Below, one piece after another: positions 1 to 12,259 of a stretch of 64,000 nucleotides of DNA. The stretch spans positions 8,866,001-8,930,000 of the forward strand of contig OZ024765.1 of NCBI GenBank assembly GCA_964016885.1, read 5' to 3'. Made by a program: the position numbers and the translations under genes. The stretch comes from Eledone cirrhosa. Lineage: Eukaryota. A model generated the notes under the pieces. That model was not told the DNA's origin and made no database searches. It saw nothing but the letters and a program-made list of their open reading frames with translations. The number at the start of each line of letters is the position of its first letter. Position 1 is the first letter of the stretch.

Positions 1-97
1 TCTATTTTTGAAAAGCATAAGGACCGTGAAACCGGTAGGGGAAACAAATAAATATTCTTAAAAAGACTCCAGTTGCATTTTCGATTTCATCTTTTTT

Positions 98-137
<40 letters not shown>

Positions 138-173
138 GGAGGAAACAACAAACAGTAGAACAAAAAGTCTTAA

Positions 174-1029
174 CCCTTTAGCATTTACATTACTCTATAT
201 ATACTATTATATTTTCACAGTAAAGGCTTTACCTCACATAATACCTCACATAGCATTTACATTACTCTATATATACTATTATATTTTCACAGTAAAGGCT
301 TTACTTCACATAATACCTCACATAGCATTTACATTACTCTATATATACTATTGTATTTTCACAGTAAAGACTTTACCTTACATAATATCTCACATAACAT
401 TTACATTACTCTATATATACTATTGTATTTTCACAGTAAAGACTTTACCTTACATAATATCTCACATAACATTTACATTACTCTATATATACTATTGTAT
501 TTTCACAGTAAAGACTTTACCTTACATAATATCTCACATAACATTTACATTACTCTATATATACTATTGTATTTTCACAGTAAAGACTTTACCTTACATA
601 ATATCTCACATAACATTTACATTACTCTATATATACTATTGTATTTTCACAGTAAAGACTTTACCTTACATAATATCTCACATAACATTTACATTACTCT
701 ATATATACTATTGTATTTTCACAGTAAAGACTTTACCTTACATAATATCTCACATAACATTTACATTACTCTATATATACTATTGTATTTTCACAGTAAA
801 GACTTTACCTTACATAATATCTCACATAACATTTACATTACTCTATATATACTATTGTATTTTCACAGTAAAGACTTTACCTTACATAATATCGAATCTA
901 TGAGATTTTGATATTATTTATTTTGAGAACAATAACTTAACATCAGTATGAGCAGCCAGATACAGCCAGTTTGAACAGAGAAAAGTGAGAGAATTCTGGC
1001 CGGATATGGCTGGTTTAAATGCTAAAGGG
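174..1029 (+). mobile_element. piggyBac-like MITE carrying an internal 72-bp tandem array (~10 units)
   Basis: Termini CCCTTTAGCATTTA ... TAAATGCTAAAGGG are inverted repeats, flanked by TTAA at 170-173 and 1030-1033. Lines 361 and 721 are identical (5 x 72 bp). Same family at 20909, 29214 and 49041. Confidence 0.85.
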
Positions 1030-1251
1030 TTAACATGAAAATAGTCTCAGACAAACTCAGTCCATCTCATTTTACAGAAACTTTTTATTTTTTCGAAAGG
1101 GTTAATAGACTCATGTTTTATATTTAAAAGGGGAAAGAAAGTTCAACATGTTGGGCTTTAACCCCTCTTCAGGAGTACAAAAATAGAGACAAGATCACAA
1201 AGGATAGATAGAGAGATTAAAAGGTTGTCCGTAGTAAAATAAACCCCCAAA

Positions 1252-1442
1252 TAATTGTTTCTACATTTGGCACAAGGCCAGCAAATTACCCAGTGCATTA
1301 CTGGTACTTTATTTTATCGACCCCGTAAGGATGAAAGGCAAAGTCAACCTCGGCGGGATTTGAACTCAGATCGTAAAGGGACGTAACTATGCTGCAAAGC
1401 ATGGCGTCCGACTCTCTACCGATACTGCCAATCCACCGCCCC
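1252..1442 (-). mobile_element. tRNA-derived SINE (family A, Meta-SINE-like central domain)
   Basis: Minus strand has A-box-like TGGCAGTATCGG, B-box GAGTTCAAATCC and central GCCTTTCATCCTTACGGGGTCGATAAA. Flanked by the direct repeat AATAAACCCCCAAATAAT (TSD). Confidence 0.85.
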
Positions 1443-1594
1443 AATAAACCCCCAAATAATGAGAGTAGATAAGACAAACTGTTAGGTTGTCTTGGTAACG
1501 ATAATCCACTCTGTCCCAGCATGGAAATATGGATGTAAAACAGGTGACAATGATAGAATATAAATATGAAAATCATCATTTTATAATACATACA

Positions 1595-2297
1595 TACGGA
1601 ACGAAGCCTGCATGTTCCGCTGGGTGTGAACGGCAAAGCATAAATGAACTAAGTGATAAATTAGGTATAAGAGGGATCAGATGCTGTTTACTTGAGAGAA
1701 GACTACGTTGGTATGGTCAGGTGATGCGCATGAAAGACGACAGTTGTATAAAAAAGTTCAGGGTGATCAAAAATTGATGGAAGTTATGGAGTAGGTAGAC
1801 CCAGAAAAACCTGGGACGATTTGATAAATTCCAACCTCACACACTTGCACCTCTCTAAGACAATGTCACTGGACCGAGATCTTTGACGCTACGTAGTAAT
1901 ACCGAAGTACAAAGCGAAACCTACAGTCAGTAGGCACCTCTTAATGAAATACACACCCCCAACCCACTACCCCAACTCCCCCACCTCCACCAACACCACC
2001 CCTTTCTATGTAAATTTATGTTGGTACCACAACATCCAGTCCTAAATAAATGAGGTTGTGTAGGAGATACGACAAAAAAAACACACAGTCCACGCTATAA
2101 TGTGGCTGTGTAGGTAACACGGTAAAAACCTCCCAGTCCACACTGTAAACGTGGTTGGTGTTAGGAAGGGCATCCAGCCATAGAAAACCCGCCAGACAGT
2201 CCTATATGAGCGAGACGACCAATCTAGCCTCAAGCAGGACAATTCCCGTCTAACCCATGCTAGCGTGGAAGATAGACGTTAAACGATGATGATGATG
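1595..2297 (+). mobile_element. RTE-clade LINE 3' end (degenerate ORF C-terminus, 3' UTR, (GAT)n tail)
   Basis: Translates to ...ERRLRWYGQVMRM... followed by GRPRKTW-like sequence, typical of RTE ORF ends. The 3' UTR recurs at 24520-24890 and 27290-27675. Confidence 0.8.
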
Positions 2298-2774
2298 TAC
2301 ATAAATCTATAAATATGTATACATATACACATATATAGATATATATGTATACCTAAATTCACATATACGTATATACATAAATAAATCTATATATATATAT
2401 GCACATATACATATATACATATCTCCACTTATATATATACATATATAAATCTATAAATACATAAATCTATATATACATATATACATACATAAATCTATAT
2501 ATACGAGATGTGTCAGAAAAGTTCCAGGACTGATGTCACAAAAGATTTATTTCCAACCCAAAGTTCACACTAAGAGTTTTCTCCTTCAAAGTAATCCCCC
2601 TGGAGTATGTAACTGTAACCTTAGCTCTCTGCAGCGATATATATATATGTGTATAACATATTTGATATATATATATAATCATCATTTCATTCGGCGTGCG
2701 CTTTGTCCCTGCTTGCAAGGGATATATATATATATATCTCATCATCATCATCATCATGATATATATATATATTT

Positions 2775-2900
2775 TTATTTTATTTTATAGAAGGAGCTTC
2801 TACAGGACTAGTACTGTTTCATTCAGATGAAATGTTCCTGAAGATTTCATCTGAATGAAACAGTACTAGTCCTGTAGAAGCTCCTTCTATAAAATAAAAA
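2775..2900. repeat. Near-perfect inverted repeat with hammerhead-like core (Penelope-type terminus)
   Basis: TTTTATAGAAGGAGCTTCTACAGGACTAGTACTGTTTCATTCAGATGAAAT is mirrored after a short spacer. The + strand contains CTGAAGA-N12-GAAAC...GTC. Confidence 0.7.
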
Positions 2901-2968
2901 AATTTTACTCTGCCATGTATTGAGTACCTTACTTACTGTGGTTATCCCCGACTCAACCCGGGACCTAC

Positions 2969-3015
<47 letters not shown>

Positions 3016-3124
3016 TAAACGGAATAGAAAATGCTGACAAATTGTTCACAGTTTAAAAATGGTTTAATTAGGAATAAAAGAGTATTAGTGATTGTATGGG
3101 TTAGTATTCAGTTGGGGTTTTAAT

Positions 3125-3950
3125 GTATATCGTGACCTGGGCATTACGGTCAGCAGCGATTTGCGTTGGACGAGGCACGTCTCTAAAATTGTCAAGAGGG
3201 CCGAGGGTGTCTTAGCATCACTCAGCAAGACCTTTGTCAGCCGCTCTCCAGATATCTATTTAAGGCTGTATACAGCTATGGTGCGACCACACTTAGAATT
3301 TGCATCACCAGTCTGGAACCCCTATCTTGCTCAGGACATTGACCGCCTGGAAACTGTTCAGAGACGTGCAACCAAGCGAATACCCTCCATCAGGCATCTA
3401 CCATACTCTGAGCGCCTTGCTTCCCTGGGCATGGATTCATTGAAGCTCCGACGCCTGGCAACTGACTTGGTAAATACCCACAAAATTGTTAACCATGTTG
3501 CCAACAACAACCCTGAGCACCTTTTTGATCTCCATGTGTCTAACACACGTGGACATGCCTACAAAGTCAGACAACAGCACAGCTCCCATGACTTTCGGAA
3601 ACATTTTTCACGCTCAGAGTTGCTGAAGCATGGAACAAACTACCTGCATCAGTTGTTAGCTGTCGAGACACTGCAACCTTTAAGGCCTCCATGGAACAAA
3701 CTACCTGCATCAGTTGTTAGCTGTCGAGACACTGCATCCTTTAAGGCCTCCATGGAACAAACTACCTGCATCAGTTGTTAGCTGACGAGACACTGCATCC
3801 TTTAAGGCCTCCATGCTTCCCGAGATCCGCCAACAGAACAGCTAACACATACACACATGTACTTCCCTGGCATTTGTGTATTATTCTATGTACTATATTG
3901 ACGAGTTGTAGTGCACCTGAGCACTTTACACAATAATTTCATTATTGTTA
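3125..3950 (+). mobile_element. CR1/L2-group LINE 3' fragment (RT C-terminal region and 3' UTR)
   Basis: RDLGITVSSDLRW...LYTAMVRPHLEFASPVWNPY...LETVQRRATK...TRGH are CR1-group RT C-terminal motifs. Frameshifted near 3605, with an internal ~60-bp triplication at 3629-3810. Confidence 0.85.
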
Positions 3951-6230
3951 TAAATATATATATACATACATAAATCTATAAACACATACATAAATATATA
4001 TATACATACATAAATCTATAAACACATACATAAATATATATATACATACATAAATCTATATACACATACATAAATATATATATATATACATACATACATA
4101 AATCTATAAACACATACATAAATATATATATACATACATACATAAATCTATATATACATACATAAATCTATATACACACACATAAATATATATATACATA
4201 CATACATAAATCTATATACACATACATAAATATATATATACATACATACATAAATCTATATATACATACATACATAAATCTATATACACACACATAAATA
4301 TATATATACATACATACATAAATCTATATACACATACATAAATATATATATACATACATACATACATAAATCTATATATACATACATACATTAATCTATA
4401 TACACATACATAAATATATATATACATACATACATAAATCTATAAACACATACATAAATATATATATACATACATACATACATAAATCTATATACACATA
4501 CATAAATATATATATACATACATACATAAATCTATAAACACATACATAAATATATATATACATACATACATAAATCTATTTACACATACATAAATATATA
4601 TATATATACATACATACATAAATATATATATACATACATACATACATAAATCTATATACACACACATAAATATATATATATACATACATACATAAATCTA
4701 TATACACATACATAAATATATATATACATACATACATACATAAATCTATATACACACACATAAATATATATATATACATACATACATAAATATATATACA
4801 CATACATAAATATATATATACATACATACATAAATCTATAAACACATACATAAATATATATATACATACATACATAAATCTATATACACATACATAAATA
4901 TATATATACATACATACATACATAAATCTATATACACACACATAAATATATATATACATACATACATAAATCTATATACACATACATAAATATATATATA
5001 CATACATACATAAATCTAAAAACACATACATAAATATATATATATATACATACATACATAAATTTATAAACACATATATATATACATACATACATAAATT
5101 TATATACACATACATAAATATATATATACATACATATATAAATATATATACACTTACATAAATATATATATATACATACATACATAAATTTATATACACC
5201 TACATAAATATATATATACATACATACATAAATATATATACACATACATAAATATATATATACATACATACATAAATCTATATACACATACATAAATATA
5301 TATATACATACATACATAAATCTATATACACACACATAAATATATATATACATACATACATAAATCTATATACACATACATAAATATATATATACATACA
5401 TAAATCTATATACACTTACATAAATATATATATATACATACATAAATTTATATACACCTACATAAATATATATATACATACATACATACATAAATCTATA
5501 TACACATTCATAAATATATATATACATACATACATAAATTTATATACACATACATAAATATATATATACATACATACATAAATCTATATACACATACATA
5601 AATATATATATACATACATAAAACTATAAACACTTACATAAATATATATATACATACATACATAAATCTATATACACATACATAAATATATATATACATA
5701 CATAAATCTATATACACATACATAAATATATATATACATACATACATAAATCTATATACACATACATAAATATATATATACATACATACATAAATCTATA
5801 TACACATACATAAATATATATATACATACATAAAACTATAAACACTTACATAAATATATATATACATACATACATACATAAATCTATATACACATACATA
5901 AATATATATATACATACATACATAAATCTATATACACATTCATGAATACATATATACATACATACATAAATCTATATACACATACATAAATATATATATA
6001 CATACATACATAAATCTAAATACACATTCATAAATACATATATACATACATACATAAATCTATATACACATTCATAAATACATATATACATACATACATA
6101 AATCTATATACACTTACATAAATATATATATACATACATACATAAATCTATATACACATACATAAATATATATATACATACATACATACATAAATCTATA
6201 TACACATTCATAAATACATATATACATACA
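3951..6230. repeat. Compound (TACA/TA) microsatellite/minisatellite
   Basis: Repeating CATAAATCTATATACACATACATAAATATATATATACATA units. Confidence 0.95.
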
Positions 6231-6730
6231 TACCCTCCATCAGACACCTATCATACTCTGAACGCCTTGCTTCCCTGGGCATGGATTCATTGAAGCTCCG
6301 ACGTCTGGCAATGGACTTGGTAAATACCCACGAAGTTATTAACCATCTCACCAATAACAACCCCGAGCACCTTTTTGATTTCCATGTGTCTAACACACGT
6401 GGACATGCCAACAAAATCAGAAAACAGCACAGCTCCCATGACTTTCGGAAACATTTTTTCACGCTCAGAGTTGCTGAAGCATGGCACAAACTGCCTGCGT
6501 CAGTTGTTAGCTGCCGAGACACTGCATCCTTTAAAACCCTCATGCTTCCCGAAATACGCCAAAACTACACCTGATGTACCCCTTCCATACACATGCACAC
6601 ATGTGTATATCATGACTCATGCACTGTTCATTTTCCTGACGTTTGTACATTACCCTATGTACTATACATACACTTTTTGATGAGTTGTAGTGCACCTGAG
6701 CACTGTACACAATATTTTCAAATTTCATTT
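6230..6730 (+). mobile_element. Second, more 5'-truncated copy of the CR1-group LINE
   Basis: Close match to 3380-3950 (MDSLKLRRLA...SNTRGH...HFFTLRV) with the same 3' end GAGTTGTAGTGCACCTGAGCAC. Confidence 0.85.
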
Positions 6731-6759
6731 GAAAAGGAAAATCAGGGTAGAGAGGGAAG

Positions 6760-7091
6760 TGCTCTCTTCCCAGCATTTTGTTGAAAGATGGGTGAGAGAA
6801 GCAAGTATGGCCCGAATGAATGGGCCTTCTCTGAGTATGTGTCTGTAAATTAAAGGTGGAAAACTGGGAGAGGGCACTTGCCCTGGTGGTCAGGGCCACT
6901 GTGGTCTTTTAATGGGCTTTCTCCACAAATGTCCCTCGGAAGTCTCCCCCCTATTGGGGAATTTTTCTTTGTTATTTTATTTCAACCTCTGCTTTTTTTA
7001 CACGCAGAAATGCCCATTTGTACCGTCCTGTATTGTCCTGTACTGTCCTTAATGTCTACTTTATGTAAACCCTTGTGGTTAATAAAGAAAA

Positions 7092-7138
<47 letters not shown>
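6760..7138 (+). mobile_element. Non-LTR retroelement 3' end with AATAAA and (ATT)n tail
   Basis: Homologous copy at 26660-27035; both end GTGGTTAATAAAGAAA-(ATT)n. Confidence 0.65.
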
Positions 7139-7140
<2 letters not shown>

Positions 7141-7210
7141 AATCTATATACACATACATAAATATATATATATATACATACATACATAATATATAACATA
7201 AATATCTTAC

Positions 7211-8420
7211 GTTTTTCTGCGACTATAATCATATACTCTGGTAGGCTGAGTTCTGAGTCCCCTGCCTCCATCTCCGTTTCGTCCTTCCACAGAGGTTCAT
7301 CCTTTTGCATGGACATATTTTCAATAAGTTGTCGTAACACAGGTACCTGTGATATCCTAGGTTTCACCGTCACGTTCGGAAATTCCATCATTCCAATTTG
7401 CTTTAAGATTTGCACTTTAAGTTTCTTCAGCCTCAGTTCTTTGTCGATTCGCTTCATTTTGCACACATGGCACACAGTTGCAGCTGCAGCCGCATCACCG
7501 CCACCTCCACCTCTGCCACCTCCTCCTCCTGTTCCTCCTGGCTTCTTTTCTGAAATTTGAAAATGGCGTCCAGCAAACCGGCTTCCATTTTGTTTTGACT
7601 TTCCTCGCGAAGCTTTATTGTTCCTGAAGCTGTTACCATGACGATTTCTGCTTGGATTGTTATTGTTGTTGTTGTTGGTGGTGGTGGCAGTTAAGGTGCG
7701 TTTGTCCTGGTTGGTTGCCGTTGTCATCACCAAACGACTCTGTTTGCCTTTGTTCAGTTTGGCTTTCCGATTTCTATCGTATTCTCTGCCAAATCGGAAT
7801 CTCTGGCCTCTCCTGCTGTTGCTGTCTTCCGCAGGATGTCTCCGCTTTCTGCTACGCCAGTTGCTGTTGTTGCTGCTATTTCCACCATTACTCTTTCTGT
7901 GATGTCTCGAAGATTTGTCACCATTGTAAACTTTCTGTAAACTTCTTTTTTGCCTCCTCCTTCTTCTCGCATTCAATAATAAATGTATGTATCCGTTTCC
8001 ATGATCGGAAAACTGTCCGCTAGACTCCATCGTTCTTATTTCATTGCTTGCGTCGGCCGACCAAAAAAAACTGCTTCCGTCTCGGTTAATTGGACTGAAA
8101 CTTCCAGTGTCCTCAAGACCGAAGCTCGGATTTTCCATGGAGTTTTCCAACCATGTACGATTCCGTGAAGAAGAATCAACATTCTGTGGTCCGCGGAATC
8201 TTTGGAGTTTGTTAAATATGTGGAAAAACTGCTCCTTCCGATGTTTGTAATGTTTCGGGGCTGGGTAAAATCTTTCTGCTTCCATTTTTATCACGGAGCT
8301 GGTCTTTGATGGTGATGATGATGATGATGGTGGTGATGGTGGTGATGGTAGTGATGGTGGTCGGGGTGGTGCTAGCGATGACGGTGATGGTGAAGGTTCT
8401 GATGGCGAGGGTGATGATGG

Positions 8421-8451
<31 letters not shown>

Positions 8452-8813
8452 GGTGGTGATGATGATGATGGTGGTGCGGGTGGTGGTGGTCGTGGTGGTG
8501 ATGATGATGGTGGTGCGGGTGATGATAGCGATGGTGATGGTGGTGGTGGGTCCTGAAATTTGAGACTTGGTTCACTTAATAGGGAATTAAACACAGATAA
8601 ATTTGGTTTTTGTTGTTGTTGCTGTTGTTGTTGCTGTTGTTGTTGTTGTTGGTGATGCTGATGATATTGTGGTTGATGCTGCAACTGCAAAGAAGGACTG
8701 GTAATGGTAAAACTGGAGCCAAACTTCTGCAGAAGAAAGAAGTGGGAGCATATGAAGACAACATAGCAGAGTCGGTAGAGCATTGAAAATGTCCGCAGTG
8801 CAAATAACAACAT
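7211..8813 (-). CDS. MSTN/GDF11-like: Exon 1 of a myostatin/GDF11/myoglianin-like TGF-beta precursor (signal region, long low-complexity extension, start of prodomain)
   Basis: Open frame from ATG 8813 (alternative ATG 8783) with a hydrophobic N-terminus. CHVCKMKRIDKELRLKKLKVQILKQIGMMEFPNVT matches the CxxC...R(I/L)xxIKxQILxKLG...PN latency segment of myostatin/activin-family prodomains. Ends at a phase-1 donor AAAC|GTAAGA (7210). Confidence 0.8.
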
Positions 8814-8884
8814 TTTTAGCTCCACTGCTTATTTGTTTGTGTTGCTTTTTGTTCTTTTGATTGTTTTTTTAAAAATATTTTTTA

Positions 8885-8885
<1 letters not shown>

Positions 8886-8915
<30 letters not shown>

Positions 8916-9539
8916 ATGTGTGTGTGTGTGTGTATATAAGTGTGTGTGTATATATGTGTGTGTGTATATATGTGAGTGTGTATATATATGTGTGTGTATA
9001 TATATGTGTGTATATATATGTATGTGTATATGTGTGTGTGTGTATATATGTGTGTGTGTATATATGTGTGTGTATATATATGTGGGTGTGTATATATATA
9101 TGTGGGTGTGTATATATATGTGTGTGTATATATATGTGTGTGTATATATGTGTGTGTGTGTGTATATGTGTGTGTATATATATGTGGGTGTGTATATATG
9201 TGGGTGTGTATATATATGTGTGTGTATATATATGTGTGTGTATATATGTGTGTGTGTGTATATATGTGAGTGTGTAAATATAAGTGTGTGTGTATATATA
9301 TATGTGTGTGTATATATGTGTGTGTGTGTATATATGTGACTGTGTAAATATAAGTGTGTGTGTATATATATATGTGTGTGTATATATATGTGTGTGTATA
9401 TATGTGTATGTGTATATATGTGAGTGTGTATATATAAGTGTGTGTGTATATATATATGTGTGTGTATATATATATGTGTGTATATATATATATGTGTGTG
9501 TATATATGTTGAATCCCAACAAATTAAATATAACCTCAG

Positions 9540-9577
<38 letters not shown>

Positions 9578-9600
9578 TATATGAGTGTGTGTGTGTGGGG
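8886..9600. repeat. (TG/TA)n microsatellite
   Basis: Direct inspection. Confidence 0.95.
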
Positions 9601-9769
9601 GGTGGGGTTTTGGGGAGGAAAGGGCCTCAGAATTGTAAAGTAGGGTTCAGTAGGATTCCTTTTCACTGTAGACAGAACAACATGGCTGTCTCAGCCCCTT
9701 GAAAGATTTCAAACCTTTCCTCATCAAAGTTCCTCTTGAAATAAGCCGCGAGATCATTTAGTTACGCAG

Positions 9770-9777
9770 CTTTTATA
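9770..9777 (-). promoter_or_regulatory. Candidate TATA box of the TGF-beta gene
   Basis: TATAAAAG on the minus strand, at the upstream edge of a unique-sequence island (9620-9800) 5' of the CDS. Confidence 0.4.
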
Positions 9778-9809
9778 CCTGATTCTTTAAAACATATATC
9801 TTCTTCTTC

Positions 9810-11210
9810 TTCACCACCACCACCATCATCACCACCATCATCATCATCATCATCATCATCACCACCAACATCAACACCATCATCATCATCATCACCACCA
9901 ACATCACCACCATCACCATCATCATCACCACCAACATCAACACCATCATCATCATCATCACCACCAACATCAACACCATCATCATCATCATCATCATCAC
10001 CACCAACATCACCACCATCATCACCACCAACATCAACATCACCACCAACATCACCACCATCACCACCACCACCATTATCATCACCACCGCCACCATCAAC
10101 ACCATCATCATCATCATCACCACCAACATCACCACCATCATCACCACCATCACCACCACCACCATCATCATCACCACCGCCACCATCAACACCATCATCA
10201 TCATCACCAACACCATCACCACCACCACCATCAACACCATCATCATCATCATCACCATCACCACCACCACCACCACCACCATCATCACCACCGCCACCAT
10301 CAACACCATCATCATCATCATCACCATCACCGCCACCACCATCAACACCATCATCATCATCACCAACACCATCACCATCATAAGCATCACCACCATCATC
10401 ATCAGCATCATAACCACCACCATCATCACCACCCCCACCATCACCATCATAAGCATCACCACCATCATCATCAGCATCATAACCACCACCACCATCACCA
10501 CCGCCATCACCACCATCATCATCATCATTGTCATTATCTACATCTTTCTATGCTATAATAACCCCCCCCCCCCGCGCCTCCCCATCTCTCCATCACATCA
10601 CCCTCTTCTTTTATCTATATCTATCTATGAGCTTCATCACCATTATCACTGTTACCATCATCATTATTCACCACCATCATCATCACCATCATTACCATAG
10701 TCATCACCACCATCATCACCATCACCACCATCACCACCATCACCACCTCTACCACCCTCACCATCACCACATCACCACCATCACCATCACCACCACCACC
10801 ATCACCACAATCACCACCACCACCACCACCACCATCACCACCACCACCACCACTACCACCACCACCACCACCACTACCACCACCACCACCATCAACACCA
10901 CCACCACCACCACCATCACCACCATCACCATCACCACCATCAGCACCATCTCTACCACCCTCACCACCACCACCACCACCACCATCACCACCACCACTAC
11001 TACCACCACCACCACGATCACCACCACCACCACCACCACCACCACCACCACCACCACCATCACCACCACCACCATCACCACCACCACTACTACCACCACC
11101 ACCACCATCATCACCACCACCATCACCACTGCCACCACCACCACCACCACCACCACCACCACCACCACCACCACTACCACCACCACCACCACCACCACCA
11201 CCACCACCAT
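9810..11210. repeat. (CAC/CAT)n trinucleotide microsatellite
   Basis: Direct inspection; source of the poly-H/T/V ORFs. Confidence 0.95.
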
Positions 11211-11419
11211 CAATGTGTCGTCAGTGGGTTTAAATCTCAGGTGGTTTTGAATAAACCAATTAGAGAGAGAGCTTGCCTGGGTGGGAGGATGTTTGGGGGT
11301 GAGGGGGAGGGGACTGGGTGGGGTGGTGGTGGTGGAGGGGGTGGGGTTTTCTAGAGGCTAAAGAATTGCTTCACCCACCCATACAGAAGGCGGTGGGTAC
11401 ATTAAACTACCCTGGTATA

Positions 11420-11438
11420 AACATATATATACATATAT

Positions 11439-11494
<56 letters not shown>

Positions 11495-11524
11495 ATAGTT
11501 GTTTGTGTGTGTATATATATTTGT

Positions 11525-11603
<79 letters not shown>

Positions 11604-11608
11604 CATAC

Positions 11609-11675
<67 letters not shown>

Positions 11676-11961
11676 TATATGCATACATACACACATATAC
11701 ATACATGCATACATACATAAATATATATATATATATACATATATATACATTCATATACATACATATATGTACATTCATATATATATGTATATATATTTAT
11801 ATACATACATATACATATATATGTTTATATGCATACATACACACATATACATACATACACACATATATACACATATATATATACATATATATACGTTCAT
11901 ATATATATATATATGCATATGTACATATATATATGTAAACATGCACATATACACCTACATA

Positions 11962-12012
<51 letters not shown>

Positions 12013-12094
12013 TGTACATACACACACCTACACCCACACATATACATAATATATATTTATATATATTCATCATCATATATATAACACACATGCA

Positions 12095-12146
<52 letters not shown>

Positions 12147-12148
12147 TT

Positions 12149-12183
<35 letters not shown>

Positions 12184-12210
12184 AATATATACACACACAC
12201 AAACAACTAT

Positions 12211-12250
<40 letters not shown>
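11420..12250. repeat. (TA)n/(TACA)n microsatellite
   Basis: Direct inspection. Confidence 0.95.
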
Positions 12251-12252
<2 letters not shown>

Positions 12253-12259
12253 ACAATCC

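Noticed and set aside
136-911. 24-aa periodic hydrophobic ORFs (also 21035-23063)
   Set aside because: Products of the 72-bp MITE-internal repeat; open in more than one frame.
2502-2635. Mariner-like TIR (TACGAGATGTGTCAGAAAAGTTCC)
   Set aside because: No matching opposite TIR or transposase sequence found; too weak to call.
3951-6230. Many YI/CV/HT-rich ORFs here and at 8869-12256, 35630-36453, 38191-40026, 44761-46872
   Set aside because: Dinucleotide microsatellite translations.
1-7210. Downstream exons of the TGF-beta gene
   Set aside because: No prodomain continuation or cystine-knot coding sequence was recognised; they probably lie left of the window.
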